Shown: positions 54,809-64,000 of the stretch, one piece after another
Position numbering within the stretch: the stretch's first letter is position 1
How the letters are laid out: each line of letters begins with the position of its first letter
Assembly: GCA_963729625.1 (NCBI GenBank)
Contig: CAVSOU010000008.1
Coordinates: 480,001 to 544,000, forward strand
Direction of reading: 5' to 3'
Length of the DNA: 64,000 nt
DNA from: an uncultured bacterium
Lineage (GTDB): Bacteria; Chloroflexota; UBA5177; JANWHV01
Position numbers and translations under genes: made by a program
The notes under the pieces: generated by a model
The model's input: only the letters and a program-made list of their open reading frames with translations
What the model was told of the DNA's origin: nothing
The model's database searches: none

Positions 54809-55846
54809 ATGGCAGTGCAGGACGAGCTGGCTAGGTTCACGATTGTCGGTGAGAATATCCACACTACGCGCTCGGTGTCGCGCAAGAGCAACCGCGTCAC
54901 AGTGCTCGAGGACGGCACGGAAGGCATTCGGTTCCGCGACGCGGCGGGACACACGCGCTACCTCACAGTGCCTGAGAGCTATCGTGAAGCGCAGGCCTAT
55001 CAGCGAGGCCAGATAAAACACATCATGATCGCAGTGCAGAAGGGACTGTCGAGTGACTCGGCCGCGCAAGAAGAGGGCACCGCATATCTGCACAGCGAGG
55101 CGCGACGCCAGATCGACGCGGGCGCGCGTTTTCTCGATATCAATGTCGACGAGATCTCAACGTCGTTGGACGAGCAGATGGCGGCTATGCGTTGGTTGGT
55201 GCAGACTGTGCAGGAGTTCTCGCCTATTTCCTTGAGCATCGACTCGTCCAAGACGGTCATCCTGCGGGAAGGCCTGCGCACCTACGATCGGCGGGCGGGC
55301 CGGCCCATGCTCAACTCCGCGGCGCTCGAGCGGCTTGATACGCTCGACCTGGCACGCGAGTTTGATGCAGATGTCATCGCTTCTGCGGCGGGGGTCGGCA
55401 CGATGCCCAAAGACGCGGACGAGCGCGTGGCCAACGTCAAGGAACTGCTGCAGCACGCTGACGATATTCCGCAAGAGCGCATCCACGTGGATCCCCTCGT
55501 CATGCCAATTTCCGTCGACAGCAGCTACGGCCGCCACTATCTCGATGCGGTGCGAGCCGTTCGGGCGCTCTATGGATCGGCCATCCACATCACCGGCGGC
55601 TTGAGCAACGTCTCGTTCGGGATGCCCAACCGCAAACTGGTCAACGAGGCGTTCATCGTGCTGGCCGTCGAGGCCGGCATCGACGGCGCGATTACCGATC
55701 CCGTGCAGAGCAATCTTGCCGATGTGCTGGCGCAGGACCGTACCGCCGAGCCTTTCGTGTTGGCACGGGCCATGCTCGAAGGAGAAGACGACTACTGCGC
55801 CAACTACCTGAAGGCCTTTCGCGCCGGCCGGCTCAGCGCTAAGTAG
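54809..55846 (+). CDS. Pterin-binding methyl-THF:corrinoid methyltransferase-like protein (AcsE/MetH folate domain)
   Basis: VGENIH, GA.FLDIN, LSIDS, LNS, VDPLV.P, GGLSNVSFG.P.RKL.N, AITDP. Confidence 0.8.
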   Translation: MAVQDELARFTIVGENIHTTRSVSRKSNRVTVLEDGTEGIRFRDAAGHTRYLTVPESYREAQAYQRGQIKHIMIAVQKGLSSDSAAQEEGTAYLHSEARRQIDAGARFLDINVDEISTSLDEQMAAMRWLVQTVQEFSPISLSIDSSKTVILREGLRTYDRRAGRPMLNSAALERLDTLDLAREFDADVIASAAGVGTMPKDADERVANVKELLQHADDIPQERIHVDPLVMPISVDSSYGRHYLDAVRAVRALYGSAIHITGGLSNVSFGMPNRKLVNEAFIVLAVEAGIDGAITDPVQSNLADVLAQDRTAEPFVLARAMLEGEDDYCANYLKAFRAGRLSAK

Positions 55847-55881
55847 GATGAGCACTGCATAGTGCCTAGAATAGGATCCAG

Positions 55882-57555
55882 ATGAAATCAGACATTGAGA
55901 TTGCGCAGGAAACTCTCCCAAGGCCGATAGCCGACATCGCGGACGCCGCCGGCCTGTTGGCTGATGAGCTGGATCTCTACGGTCCCTATAAGGCCAAGGT
56001 GCGCCAGGCGGCGCTGGACAGGCTGGCCGATCGTCCGGATGGCCGGCTGGTGATCGTCACCGCGATCACGCCGACAGTGGCCGGCGAGGGAAAGACCACG
56101 GTGACGGTCGGCCTCGGCCAGGCGCTTTGCGCGATCGGAAAGCAGGCCGTCGTGACACTGCGCGAGCCGGCTATGGGTCCCGTGTTCGGCGTCAAAGGCG
56201 GCGCCGCGGGCGGCGGCTACTCGCAGGTGATCCCGATGGAGGATATCAACCTGCACTTCACCGGCGATTTTCATGCGATCACCGCGGCGAACAACCTGCT
56301 GGCAGCACTGATCGATAATCACCTGCAGCAGGGCAACAGCCTGGGCATCGACTCGCGCCGCCTCACCTGGCGCCGCTGTCTCGACGTGAACGATCGCTCC
56401 CTGCGCGCCATCATCACCGGTCTGGGCGGTTCCACTGAAGGGGTGCCGCGAGAAACAGGCTTCGATATCACGCCCGCCTCAGAAATCATGGCCATTTTCT
56501 GCCTGGCTGAGAACCTGGTGGACCTTACCGAACGGCTTGGCCGCGTTGTGGTCGGCTTTACGCGCGCCGGTGTTCCGATTCGCGCGGCGGACCTCAATGC
56601 CCAGGGCGCGCTCACTGTGCTGTTGAAAGACGCGCTCAACCCGAATCTCGTGCAGACGCTCGAAGGCGGCCCGGCGCTGATCCATGGCGGGCCGTTTGCG
56701 AACATCGCGCACGGCACCAACACTATCCGGGCGACTCGACTTGCGCGTAAGCTCGGCGAGTATGCGCTGGTCGAGACCGGCTTCGGCGCCGATCTGGGGT
56801 TCGAGAAATTCTGTGACATCGTGGCCCGCCAGACAGGGGTACGGCCCGACGCGGCGCTGGTCATCGCTTCGACCAGGGCCCTCAAGCTGCACGGCGGCGT
56901 GGACAAGAATGATTTGAAGACGGAGAATGTTGAAGCCGTGCGCCGCGGCATGCCGAATCTGTTCCGCCACGTGGAGAATGTCGGCCGGTTCGGCCTCCCC
57001 GCGCTCGTGGCGATCAATATGTTCGACAACGACACCGAACCTGAGCTGCAGGCGATCGAGGAGATGCTGGCTTCGACTGGGATTGCCGCGGCGCGCTGCG
57101 ACATCCATGCCCGGGGCGGCGCGGGCGGCAAAGTGCTCGCCGAGCGCCTCGTGGAGTTGTTGGACCGCGCACCCGCCGGCGAATTTCACGTGCTCTATCC
57201 GGATGAGATGCCGCTCAAACAGAAGATCGAGACGGTGGCCACTCAGATATATCGCGCTTCCGGCGTCGACTTCGTCGGCACGGCGCCACGCGACCTGGCG
57301 CTGTTTGAAAAGCTGGGCTACGGCCACCTGCCGGTGTGTATTGCCAAAACGCAGTACTCCTTCTCGGACAACGCGGCGCTGCTCAACGCACCAGACAACT
57401 TCCGCGTCGCCGTGCGGTCCGCGCGGCTTTCTGCCGGGGCCGGCTTTGTGGTGGCACTCACCGGAGAGATCATGACCATGCCGGGGCTCGGGAAGGTACC
57501 CGCGGCTGAACGCATCAGCGTCGCCGCCGACGGGCGCGTCGCGGGCCTGAGTTGA
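55882..57555 (+). CDS. fhs: Formate--tetrahydrofolate ligase
   Basis: SDIEIAQ, TPT.AGEGKTT, KGGAAGGGYSQ, HGGPFANIAHG, CIAKTQYSFSD, MTMPGL. Confidence 0.97.
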   Translation: MKSDIEIAQETLPRPIADIADAAGLLADELDLYGPYKAKVRQAALDRLADRPDGRLVIVTAITPTVAGEGKTTVTVGLGQALCAIGKQAVVTLREPAMGPVFGVKGGAAGGGYSQVIPMEDINLHFTGDFHAITAANNLLAALIDNHLQQGNSLGIDSRRLTWRRCLDVNDRSLRAIITGLGGSTEGVPRETGFDITPASEIMAIFCLAENLVDLTERLGRVVVGFTRAGVPIRAADLNAQGALTVLLKDALNPNLVQTLEGGPALIHGGPFANIAHGTNTIRATRLARKLGEYALVETGFGADLGFEKFCDIVARQTGVRPDAALVIASTRALKLHGGVDKNDLKTENVEAVRRGMPNLFRHVENVGRFGLPALVAINMFDNDTEPELQAIEEMLASTGIAAARCDIHARGGAGGKVLAERLVELLDRAPAGEFHVLYPDEMPLKQKIETVATQIYRASGVDFVGTAPRDLALFEKLGYGHLPVCIAKTQYSFSDNAALLNAPDNFRVAVRSARLSAGAGFVVALTGEIMTMPGLGKVPAAERISVAADGRVAGLS

Positions 57556-58298
57556 GAGATCGTTACCTGGCCTGGGAATCCTGCTGCAATGTCCGCGACC
57601 TGGGAGGGCTGACCACGGTAGACGGCGCCAGGATACGGTGGGGCGCCCTCGTCCGAGCGGATAGCCTTTGCAGATTGACCCCGAGTGGTCAGGCCGCGCT
57701 GATGGCTCATGGCATTCGCACGGTAATCGACTTGCGCGCGACCGAAGAACTGGCGCGCGCGGCCCACCCGTTCGCGGCGGAAGAGGGTGAGCAGGGCTGG
57801 CCGGGCTACATCCACGTGCCGATATTCGAGATGACCGATACGGCGACCGTCGCGGCGTTGGCCGGCGATCGGGACGTGTACGGCCCCAACAAAGTGCTGC
57901 TCGACCACTGCGGCTCCGGGTTTGCCGCGGCCCTCCGCGCTATTGCGACCGCACCGGACGGCGGCGTGCTGGTGCACTGCTTCGTGGGAAAGGATCGCAC
58001 CGGCTTGGTTGTGGCCTTGACGCTGGCCGTGGCCGGTGTTCCGGCCGAGGCGATCATTGCCGATTACGCGTTGAGTGATCACTACTTGCAGCCCATCTAC
58101 GCGGAGATGCTGTCCGAGTGCAACGGCGATGAGGCCGCTATCGCGGCCCTCAAGCCGCGGCTGACGTCCCATCCGGAGACAATGACGCGGACACTGTCCT
58201 ACCTGGACTGGAAATGCGGCGGGCCGGAGGGCTACCTGCGCGGTATCGGGCTCACGTCGGATGATCTGGCCGCGTTGCGGCGGCGTGTGCTGGAATAG
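57552..58298 (+). CDS. Tyrosine/lipid phosphatase (IphP/MptpB-like)
   Basis: NVRDLGG, IDLR...E, HCFVGKDRTG P-loop, DY.LS. Confidence 0.88.
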   Translation: MRDRYLAWESCCNVRDLGGLTTVDGARIRWGALVRADSLCRLTPSGQAALMAHGIRTVIDLRATEELARAAHPFAAEEGEQGWPGYIHVPIFEMTDTATVAALAGDRDVYGPNKVLLDHCGSGFAAALRAIATAPDGGVLVHCFVGKDRTGLVVALTLAVAGVPAEAIIADYALSDHYLQPIYAEMLSECNGDEAAIAALKPRLTSHPETMTRTLSYLDWKCGGPEGYLRGIGLTSDDLAALRRRVLE

Positions 58299-59847
58299 AA
58301 GCGGCGAGCTCGGGCGTTCCACCACCGGTCATGAGGATGCCCAGCCGCTCTTCCGTCGCTTCCTCGGCAGTGAACTCGCCCATGATACGGCCCTCATAGA
58401 TCACGACGATACGATCTGAAAGCGCGAAAATCTCATCGAGCTCGGCTGAGACCAGAAGCACGCCTACGTCGCGGTCGCGTTCGGCCAGGATACGCTCGTG
58501 CACGAACTGTATGGCTCCGATATCCAGTCCGCGCGTGGGTTGGGCGGCGATGAGTAATCTCGGCGCACCATCGATCTCGCGAGCGAGCACCACTTTCTGC
58601 TGATTGCCGCCGGAGAGCGAGCGGGCGAGCGTCTCGGGGGCAGCGCCTCGGATGTCGAACTGCTCCACCAGACGGCGCGCGCGCGCGACAATCTGCCCGG
58701 GACGCAGCACGCGGCCACCGGTGACGGAGGGTTTGTCCTGCACGCCAAGTACCAGGTTGTTGGCCACCGAGTAGTCCAGGATCAAGCCGCGCGCGTGGCG
58801 ATCCTCGGGGATCGCGGCAAGACCGAGATCGCGGCAGAGTCGAGGGCTCTTGTTGGTAATGTCGTGGCCAAGCAGGGTGACGCGTCCGCCCGTGGCATGC
58901 CGCAAGCCGGTGATCACATCCACCAGCTCGCTCTGACCGTTTCCCTCAACACCGGCGATGCCCAGCACTTCGCCCGCACGGACGGTGAATGTAAGACCCT
59001 TGAGCGCGCTGAGGCCGCGATCAGATGAGCAGTGCAAGTCGCTCACCTCGAGCACGGGTTCCGAGGGGTGGCCGCTGCCGCGCACGACCTGCGGCAGCAC
59101 CTCGCGCCCTACCATCAGTTTGGAGATCTCTTCCCGTGAGGTCTTCGGCTTCTCGAGCGTGGCAACTTTCTTGCCGCGGCGCAGCACGGAAATCTGGTCG
59201 GCAACGGCCATCACCTCGCGCAGCTTGTGGCTGATGAACAGAATCGTCTTGTCTTTCTTAACCAGGTCACGCAGCACCACGAAGAGCTCATCGGTCTCCT
59301 GGGGGGTCAGCACGGCGGTTGGCTCGTCCAGGATGAGGATCTCCGCGCCCCGGTACAGCGTCTTGAGAATCTCCACGCGCTGCTGAAGGCCGACCGGCAG
59401 GCTGCCAACCCTTGCCGTCGGGTCAACGTTGAGGCCAAAGCGATCGGATAACCCCACCACGCGCTTGATGGCCTCTTGCTTCGGGAACACAGCCACGCCC
59501 GGCGGCTCCGCGCCAAGCACCACGTTCTCGGCAACCGTCAGCGGTGGCACCAGCATGAAGTGCTGGTGCACCATGCCGATACCGTGCTTGATCGCATCGC
59601 CCGGGCTGTGCAGTGAGGCTTTCTGGCCGTTGATCAGGATCTCGCCGCTGTCTGCTGCGTACATGCCATAGAGCATATTCATCAGCGTGCTCTTACCGGC
59701 ACCATTCTCGCCGACCAGGGCGTGAATACTCCCCCGGTGTACGACGAGATCGATAGCGTCGTCGGCTACCAACGTGCCGAACGTCTTGGTTATGCCGCGC
59801 ATCTCCACGGCCGGCGGCAAGCCTGCTATGTTAACCGGCTGGGTCAT
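58252..59847 (-). CDS. Nucleoside/sugar ABC transporter ATP-binding protein (CUT2)
   Basis: GENGAGKST, HQHFML, LDEPTAVL, LSGGNQQK, QPTRGLD. Confidence 0.95.
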   Translation of the reverse strand: MTQPVNIAGLPPAVEMRGITKTFGTLVADDAIDLVVHRGSIHALVGENGAGKSTLMNMLYGMYAADSGEILINGQKASLHSPGDAIKHGIGMVHQHFMLVPPLTVAENVVLGAEPPGVAVFPKQEAIKRVVGLSDRFGLNVDPTARVGSLPVGLQQRVEILKTLYRGAEILILDEPTAVLTPQETDELFVVLRDLVKKDKTILFISHKLREVMAVADQISVLRRGKKVATLEKPKTSREEISKLMVGREVLPQVVRGSGHPSEPVLEVSDLHCSSDRGLSALKGLTFTVRAGEVLGIAGVEGNGQSELVDVITGLRHATGGRVTLLGHDITNKSPRLCRDLGLAAIPEDRHARGLILDYSVANNLVLGVQDKPSVTGGRVLRPGQIVARARRLVEQFDIRGAAPETLARSLSGGNQQKVVLAREIDGAPRLLIAAQPTRGLDIGAIQFVHERILAERDRDVGVLLVSAELDEIFALSDRIVVIYEGRIMGEFTAEEATEERLGILMTGGGTPELAASIPAHAAATRPDHPT

Positions 59848-60757
59848 ACGGCACTCCATCGGCGGCGGGCGGAATGGCACGGCCGACGAACCCGGCCACG
59901 GCGACCAACGTGATGACGTAGGGGGCGATCTGGACGAGATTGCCCGCGAAGCTCGGCTGCAGCACAAGGCCGGACGTCTGGATCTGTTGGCCAAAGCCGA
60001 ACAGGAGGCACGCGGCAAAGGCGCCGAAGGGCGTCCATTTTCCCACGATCATTGCCGCGAGCGCGATGAAGCCCTGTCCAGCGGTCATGTCAAAATTGAA
60101 GTCCTGGACCAGGCCCAGTGACAAATAGGCGCCACCCAGGCCCGCGAGCGCGCCGCTCAACGTGACGCAGAGATAGCGGATCGCAAATACATTGATGCCC
60201 ACGGTCTCCGCGGCGCGCGGGTGCTCGCCCACGGCGCGAATGCGCAGGCCCAGCGTGGTGGTGAACAGCAAGACGTGTGCCGCGACTACCAGGAACAGCA
60301 TGATATAGACGATGCTGTTCTGCGACCCGATCACCGGCCCCACGCCTGGGATAGCTGAAATACCAGGGATTTTGACGTCAGGTGTGCCCGGCATGTTCGA
60401 GAAGCCATTTGCCGCGTAGGTCGCGTAGAGAAAACTCGTAAGGCCCGTGCCGATGAGATTGATTGCCACGCCGCTGATAATCTGATCGGCGCGAAAGGTG
60501 ATCGAGACGACGCCGTGTACAAAGGCGATGAGGGCGCCGAAGACGATAGCGGCCAGCAGGCCAAGCCAGGGACTGCCGGTGCTGTATGAGAACCAGGCGC
60601 CGAAGAAGGCGCCGATCAGCATGATCCCTTCGAGCCCGATATTGACGACACCTGAGCGCTCCGTGATAACCCCGCCAAGCGCGGCCAGCGCCAGCGGCGT
60701 CGCGGTGCGGAGTATGCCTGCATAGAAGTCGCTGTGCTGCAGAACTGTCCAGTCCAT
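59831..60757 (-). CDS. Nucleoside ABC transporter permease
   Basis: ERSGVVNIGLEG, RAVGEHP.AA, GFIALAA. Confidence 0.93.
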   Translation of the reverse strand: MDWTVLQHSDFYAGILRTATPLALAALGGVITERSGVVNIGLEGIMLIGAFFGAWFSYSTGSPWLGLLAAIVFGALIAFVHGVVSITFRADQIISGVAINLIGTGLTSFLYATYAANGFSNMPGTPDVKIPGISAIPGVGPVIGSQNSIVYIMLFLVVAAHVLLFTTTLGLRIRAVGEHPRAAETVGINVFAIRYLCVTLSGALAGLGGAYLSLGLVQDFNFDMTAGQGFIALAAMIVGKWTPFGAFAACLLFGFGQQIQTSGLVLQPSFAGNLVQIAPYVITLVAVAGFVGRAIPPAADGVPYDPAG

Positions 60758-60814
60758 AGTCTTCTTGCCCAGACTCCTTCGTCGACTCGCTAGAGCAATA
60801 GCCGGGGCTGTCGC

Positions 60815-62317
60815 CTAGCCAGAGCTTGCCGGCAGAGGAACGAGATACTGATTAACAGCCAATCCGAGGGCCAGGCATACCGCGCAATACGCAATCACCA
60901 GAACCGCACCCCTGGTTGGCCCGCGCTGGCTGACGATATAGAGCAGTGCAAGTACCAGGGCCAGTGCGAAGAAGAAGTAGTGACTGAAAACGACCGAACA
61001 CGTAGCCAGAACCGTCGAAAGTACGACAAGGCCCCGCCAGGCCTGCGCTGCGGCGGCGGTTTGGGAGACCGGCAGACCGGCGCCCGTTGCGCCCATATCC
61101 GCAGTGTCGCGAGCGGTCGCGGAAAGGCGCCGCCGGCGCGCCAGCACTTTGCGGACGACGACGTCGAGGGCAACGAACAACACGATAATCCCTTGAAGAA
61201 GCTGGGTCATATAGGCACTGACATGCCCTGAGCTCTGCATCAGGTTGCTCCCGGTGTGCAGGCTGGCGATGAGCAGCGCGGAGAAGACGATGCCGATTGG
61301 ATTCCCCTTGCCCAGCAGGGCGATCGTGATGCCATCGAACCCCCAGCCGGGCGTCGAGGCGCTCTCGAACTGGAAGGCTCCGCTGCCGGTGGGATCGGCC
61401 ACGGCGATACCGCCTGCCAGCCCGGCCAGGGCGCCCGCCACGGCCATGGCCAGCACGATGCGGCGCTTGACCGGAATGCCGCCATAGGCCGCCGCGCCGG
61501 CATTGAGGCCAACGGCGCGAATCTCGTAGCCAACACTGGTACGCGCGATGATAAACCAGTAGAGGGCTACGGCCGCCAGGGCAAGATAGACGCCGGCGTG
61601 GATAGTGCTGCCGCTGCCAAGCCAACTCAGCATCGGCAATCTGCCACCGCTGCCAATCTGATCGCTCACCGCCTGGCCTTGCGCTTTGGCGGAATTCATG
61701 GGGCCGCCAATGGTGACGAGCGAGGTCGTGCCGTAGATTGCGATCCAGTTGAGCATGATCGTGCTGATTACTTCGTGGGCGCCGCGATAGGCCTTGAGGA
61801 ATCCGGCAATGCCGCCCCACAGCATACCGGCAAGAATCGCCGAGATCAGGACCAGGGGCAGCAAGATCACGGCCGGCGCATGGGCGAAGGCTATGCCGAT
61901 CCACGCCGCCGCGATGGCGCCCATAAACACCTGGCCTTCGCCGCCGATGTTGAACAGGCCGCCGCGGAAGGCAAACGCTACAGCCAGACCGGTGAAGATA
62001 AGCGGAATAGTCTGGTCGATCGTGCCCGAGACGGTGCTGAGGTCGGGCGCGCCAAGAGCACCCGTGAAGAGGCTTGCGAACGCATTGAACGGGTAGTTCA
62101 GGATCTGCCCGAGGCTATAGAGTGTAGGCCCGTGCTTGCCGATGACCCCGAAGAGGTCGATGCTCGTGCCGATAATCAGCAGTGACCCGGCAAGCACGGC
62201 CCCGCCAAGCGTGATGCTTGCCACCGCGCTTTCCGCAACGAGGCGCTGTAGCAGTCGCGCGAGCCAAACGCCTGCGCGGCTCCCGGATTGTTCCTGCGAG
62301 CCAGCTCCTACGGACAA
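60815..62317 (-). CDS. Nucleoside ABC transporter permease (C-terminal extension)
   Basis: GLFNIGGEGQ, HEVISTIMLN, GYEIRAVG.N, GFDGI..ALLG. Confidence 0.93.
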   Translation of the reverse strand: MSVGAGSQEQSGSRAGVWLARLLQRLVAESAVASITLGGAVLAGSLLIIGTSIDLFGVIGKHGPTLYSLGQILNYPFNAFASLFTGALGAPDLSTVSGTIDQTIPLIFTGLAVAFAFRGGLFNIGGEGQVFMGAIAAAWIGIAFAHAPAVILLPLVLISAILAGMLWGGIAGFLKAYRGAHEVISTIMLNWIAIYGTTSLVTIGGPMNSAKAQGQAVSDQIGSGGRLPMLSWLGSGSTIHAGVYLALAAVALYWFIIARTSVGYEIRAVGLNAGAAAYGGIPVKRRIVLAMAVAGALAGLAGGIAVADPTGSGAFQFESASTPGWGFDGITIALLGKGNPIGIVFSALLIASLHTGSNLMQSSGHVSAYMTQLLQGIIVLFVALDVVVRKVLARRRRLSATARDTADMGATGAGLPVSQTAAAAQAWRGLVVLSTVLATCSVVFSHYFFFALALVLALLYIVSQRGPTRGAVLVIAYCAVCLALGLAVNQYLVPLPASSG

Positions 62318-62519
62318 CCCATGTCCCCAATCGGCGTCACTGTCGCCTCACGCCTACCGCCCGCCGGTCCTGAGTCCGCCGGTACAGGTGCGCGCAACCC
62401 GGCATACTGGCTCAGATTACCACGAGACCAGATGATCCGAAAGATCGGGATAGTCGCCTCCCGTCTCGAGATCGGCGCGAATGCGCTCATCGCGGGGCGG
62501 GAGGCGTCACGATTGCGAG

Positions 62520-63593
62520 CTAGCCGAGGTTCTTTGGGATTACCGTAGTGGGTACGAGCTTTCCGGAGGCGATCAAGGCCGCCTGGGCCTTTACCTGAGC
62601 GATGATGTCGGCAGGTACCATCTTGCCGACGCTGCCGTAGCCGGTTGCATCGTTCTTGAGGCTGAACAGGTTGTCGCCGCCCTTGAACGTGCCATTCTTG
62701 ACGTTCGTAATGGTCAGCAATACGGCCTTGTCGACTTTCTTGACCGCGCTGGTCATCATGTAGGGCCCCAGGAATAGCTGATCGGCGTCCACGCCAATGC
62801 CGTAGACACCCTTCTTCTCGGCCGCCTTGAGATAGCCGTTGCCGGCCCCGCCTGCGACGGCAAAGAGGATATCCGCGCCTTCGGCCACCTGACCGAGGCC
62901 GATATTCTCAGCCTTGCCCACATTATTGAAGTCGCCGTTGTATCCCAGCTTGATTTTGATGCCCGGGTCGGCTGCACGGGCTCCCTGAACGTAGCCGGCG
63001 ATGTAGCGATTGACAGGAGGAATCGGAATGCCGCCCATCGTGCCGATCACGCCATGCGTGGCGGCGCCGACCTTGCCCTTTTCCATCAGTCCGGCCATGT
63101 AGCCGACGAGATAGCCAGACTCCTGCTCGCGGAAGAAGAGATTCGCCACGTTGGGCTGGTTCGCGGTATTGCCCTTTGGATCGGTAGGAGCGCCGTCGAT
63201 CAGGGCGAACTTCTCATTGGGGAATGCCTTCGCCACCTTGTACATGGCGTTCTGCATCAGGAAGCCCACGCCGATGACGAGGTCATATTTCTGGCGCGCG
63301 AACGAGGCGAGATTCTGATAGTACAGCGCGTCAGAGATAGTGGTCGTCGTCACGTAGCTGAACTGAACGCCGTACATCTTCTGGGCATTCAGGGCGCCCT
63401 GATAGGCGAGCTGGTTAAAACTCTTGTCGTTGCGACCGCCTGTATCGAGGACAAGGCCAACCTTCAGGGCAGTGGCACGCGCCGTCGAAGCGGCAAGATG
63501 CGCCGATGCGCCTTGTGCCGGCAGCATCATCGCCGCCAGCGGGATCAACGTCAGGGCCGCTACGGCCACGCGACGCGTTACAAACCGATGCAT
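62520..63593 (-). CDS. BMP/PnrA-family nucleoside-binding protein
   Basis: DKSFNQ, GVGF, F.EQE.GYL.G, GADI.F..AG, IGVD.DQ, TSAVK. Confidence 0.93.
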   Translation of the reverse strand: MHRFVTRRVAVAALTLIPLAAMMLPAQGASAHLAASTARATALKVGLVLDTGGRNDKSFNQLAYQGALNAQKMYGVQFSYVTTTTISDALYYQNLASFARQKYDLVIGVGFLMQNAMYKVAKAFPNEKFALIDGAPTDPKGNTANQPNVANLFFREQESGYLVGYMAGLMEKGKVGAATHGVIGTMGGIPIPPVNRYIAGYVQGARAADPGIKIKLGYNGDFNNVGKAENIGLGQVAEGADILFAVAGGAGNGYLKAAEKKGVYGIGVDADQLFLGPYMMTSAVKKVDKAVLLTITNVKNGTFKGGDNLFSLKNDATGYGSVGKMVPADIIAQVKAQAALIASGKLVPTTVIPKNLG

Positions 63594-63738
63594 GATTTCA
63601 TGACCTCCAAAAAGCCATACTTCATAAGTTCAGTCAGAACCAATCTCCTCCGCGATCGGCAGTGCAGCTCGTGCCGGCGACCGAATCGTCTACCACCTCC
63701 CCCATGACGAACTTCAAACACACAGAACGTCGCCGTAG

Positions 63739-63999
63739 CTACTCCTCCTCGTGCTCCGGCGCCAAGGGATCCCGGAACAGCTCGGCCACCGGGAAGGAGA
63801 AGCCAGGCATCGCGTCCTCGCCATCCAGGCTGTCATTCAGCGTCAGCGCGCGCACGGGCCCCGTCAGCGTATACAACACCCTTTCCACAACCTCGTAGCT
63901 GTACCCGTCATCGGGCAGCGTCAGCAGCTCGTCGACGGTCGCGGGGCCGCGGCCGGGCACCGCCTCCGCCCAGGGAGCGGGGGAACGAGGCGGGTATGC
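63739..63999 (-). pseudogene. Uma2-family endonuclease with internal deletion (5' end outside window)
   Basis: N-terminal TVDELLTLPDDG..YEVV...L joined directly to C-terminal LDGEDAMPGF..PVAELF; PD-(D/E)xK core absent. Confidence 0.75.
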
Positions 64000-64000
64000 T

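Noticed and set aside
63594-63738. Purine riboswitch ahead of the nucleoside ABC operon
   Set aside because: The purine aptamer consensus elements are absent

Overview
A GC-rich bacterial chromosomal window. The 16S rRNA has the shortened 1123-1147 helix typical of Chloroflexota, so that phylum is the likely source (inference). It contains one complete minus-strand rRNA operon (16S, tRNA-Ala, 23S, 5S) and housekeeping genes (queG, pgm/manB, deoB, apt, infA, argS, rpmB, cdd, ccdA, fhs). There are two near-identical 1748-bp IS1380 elements in opposite orientation, each with its own 4-bp target duplication at a stop codon, and about six decayed gene fragments. The best candidates for undescribed biology are: (1) a glycyl-radical enzyme with atypical catalytic loops (AACWE, RVWGW) plus its activase, beside a GH2 glycosidase; (2) a metF-metV fusion / AcsE-like methyltransferase / fhs one-carbon operon with a long structured leader; (3) a CopC-CopD-Asp-box propeller fusion with a degenerate copper site; (4) a protein built of 9-residue Ser-ladder repeats; (5) a BMP-family binding protein with no lipobox. 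No CRISPR array, prophage or defence island was seen. All calls come from reading motifs by eye; no database search was run, and start codons and rRNA ends are approximate.
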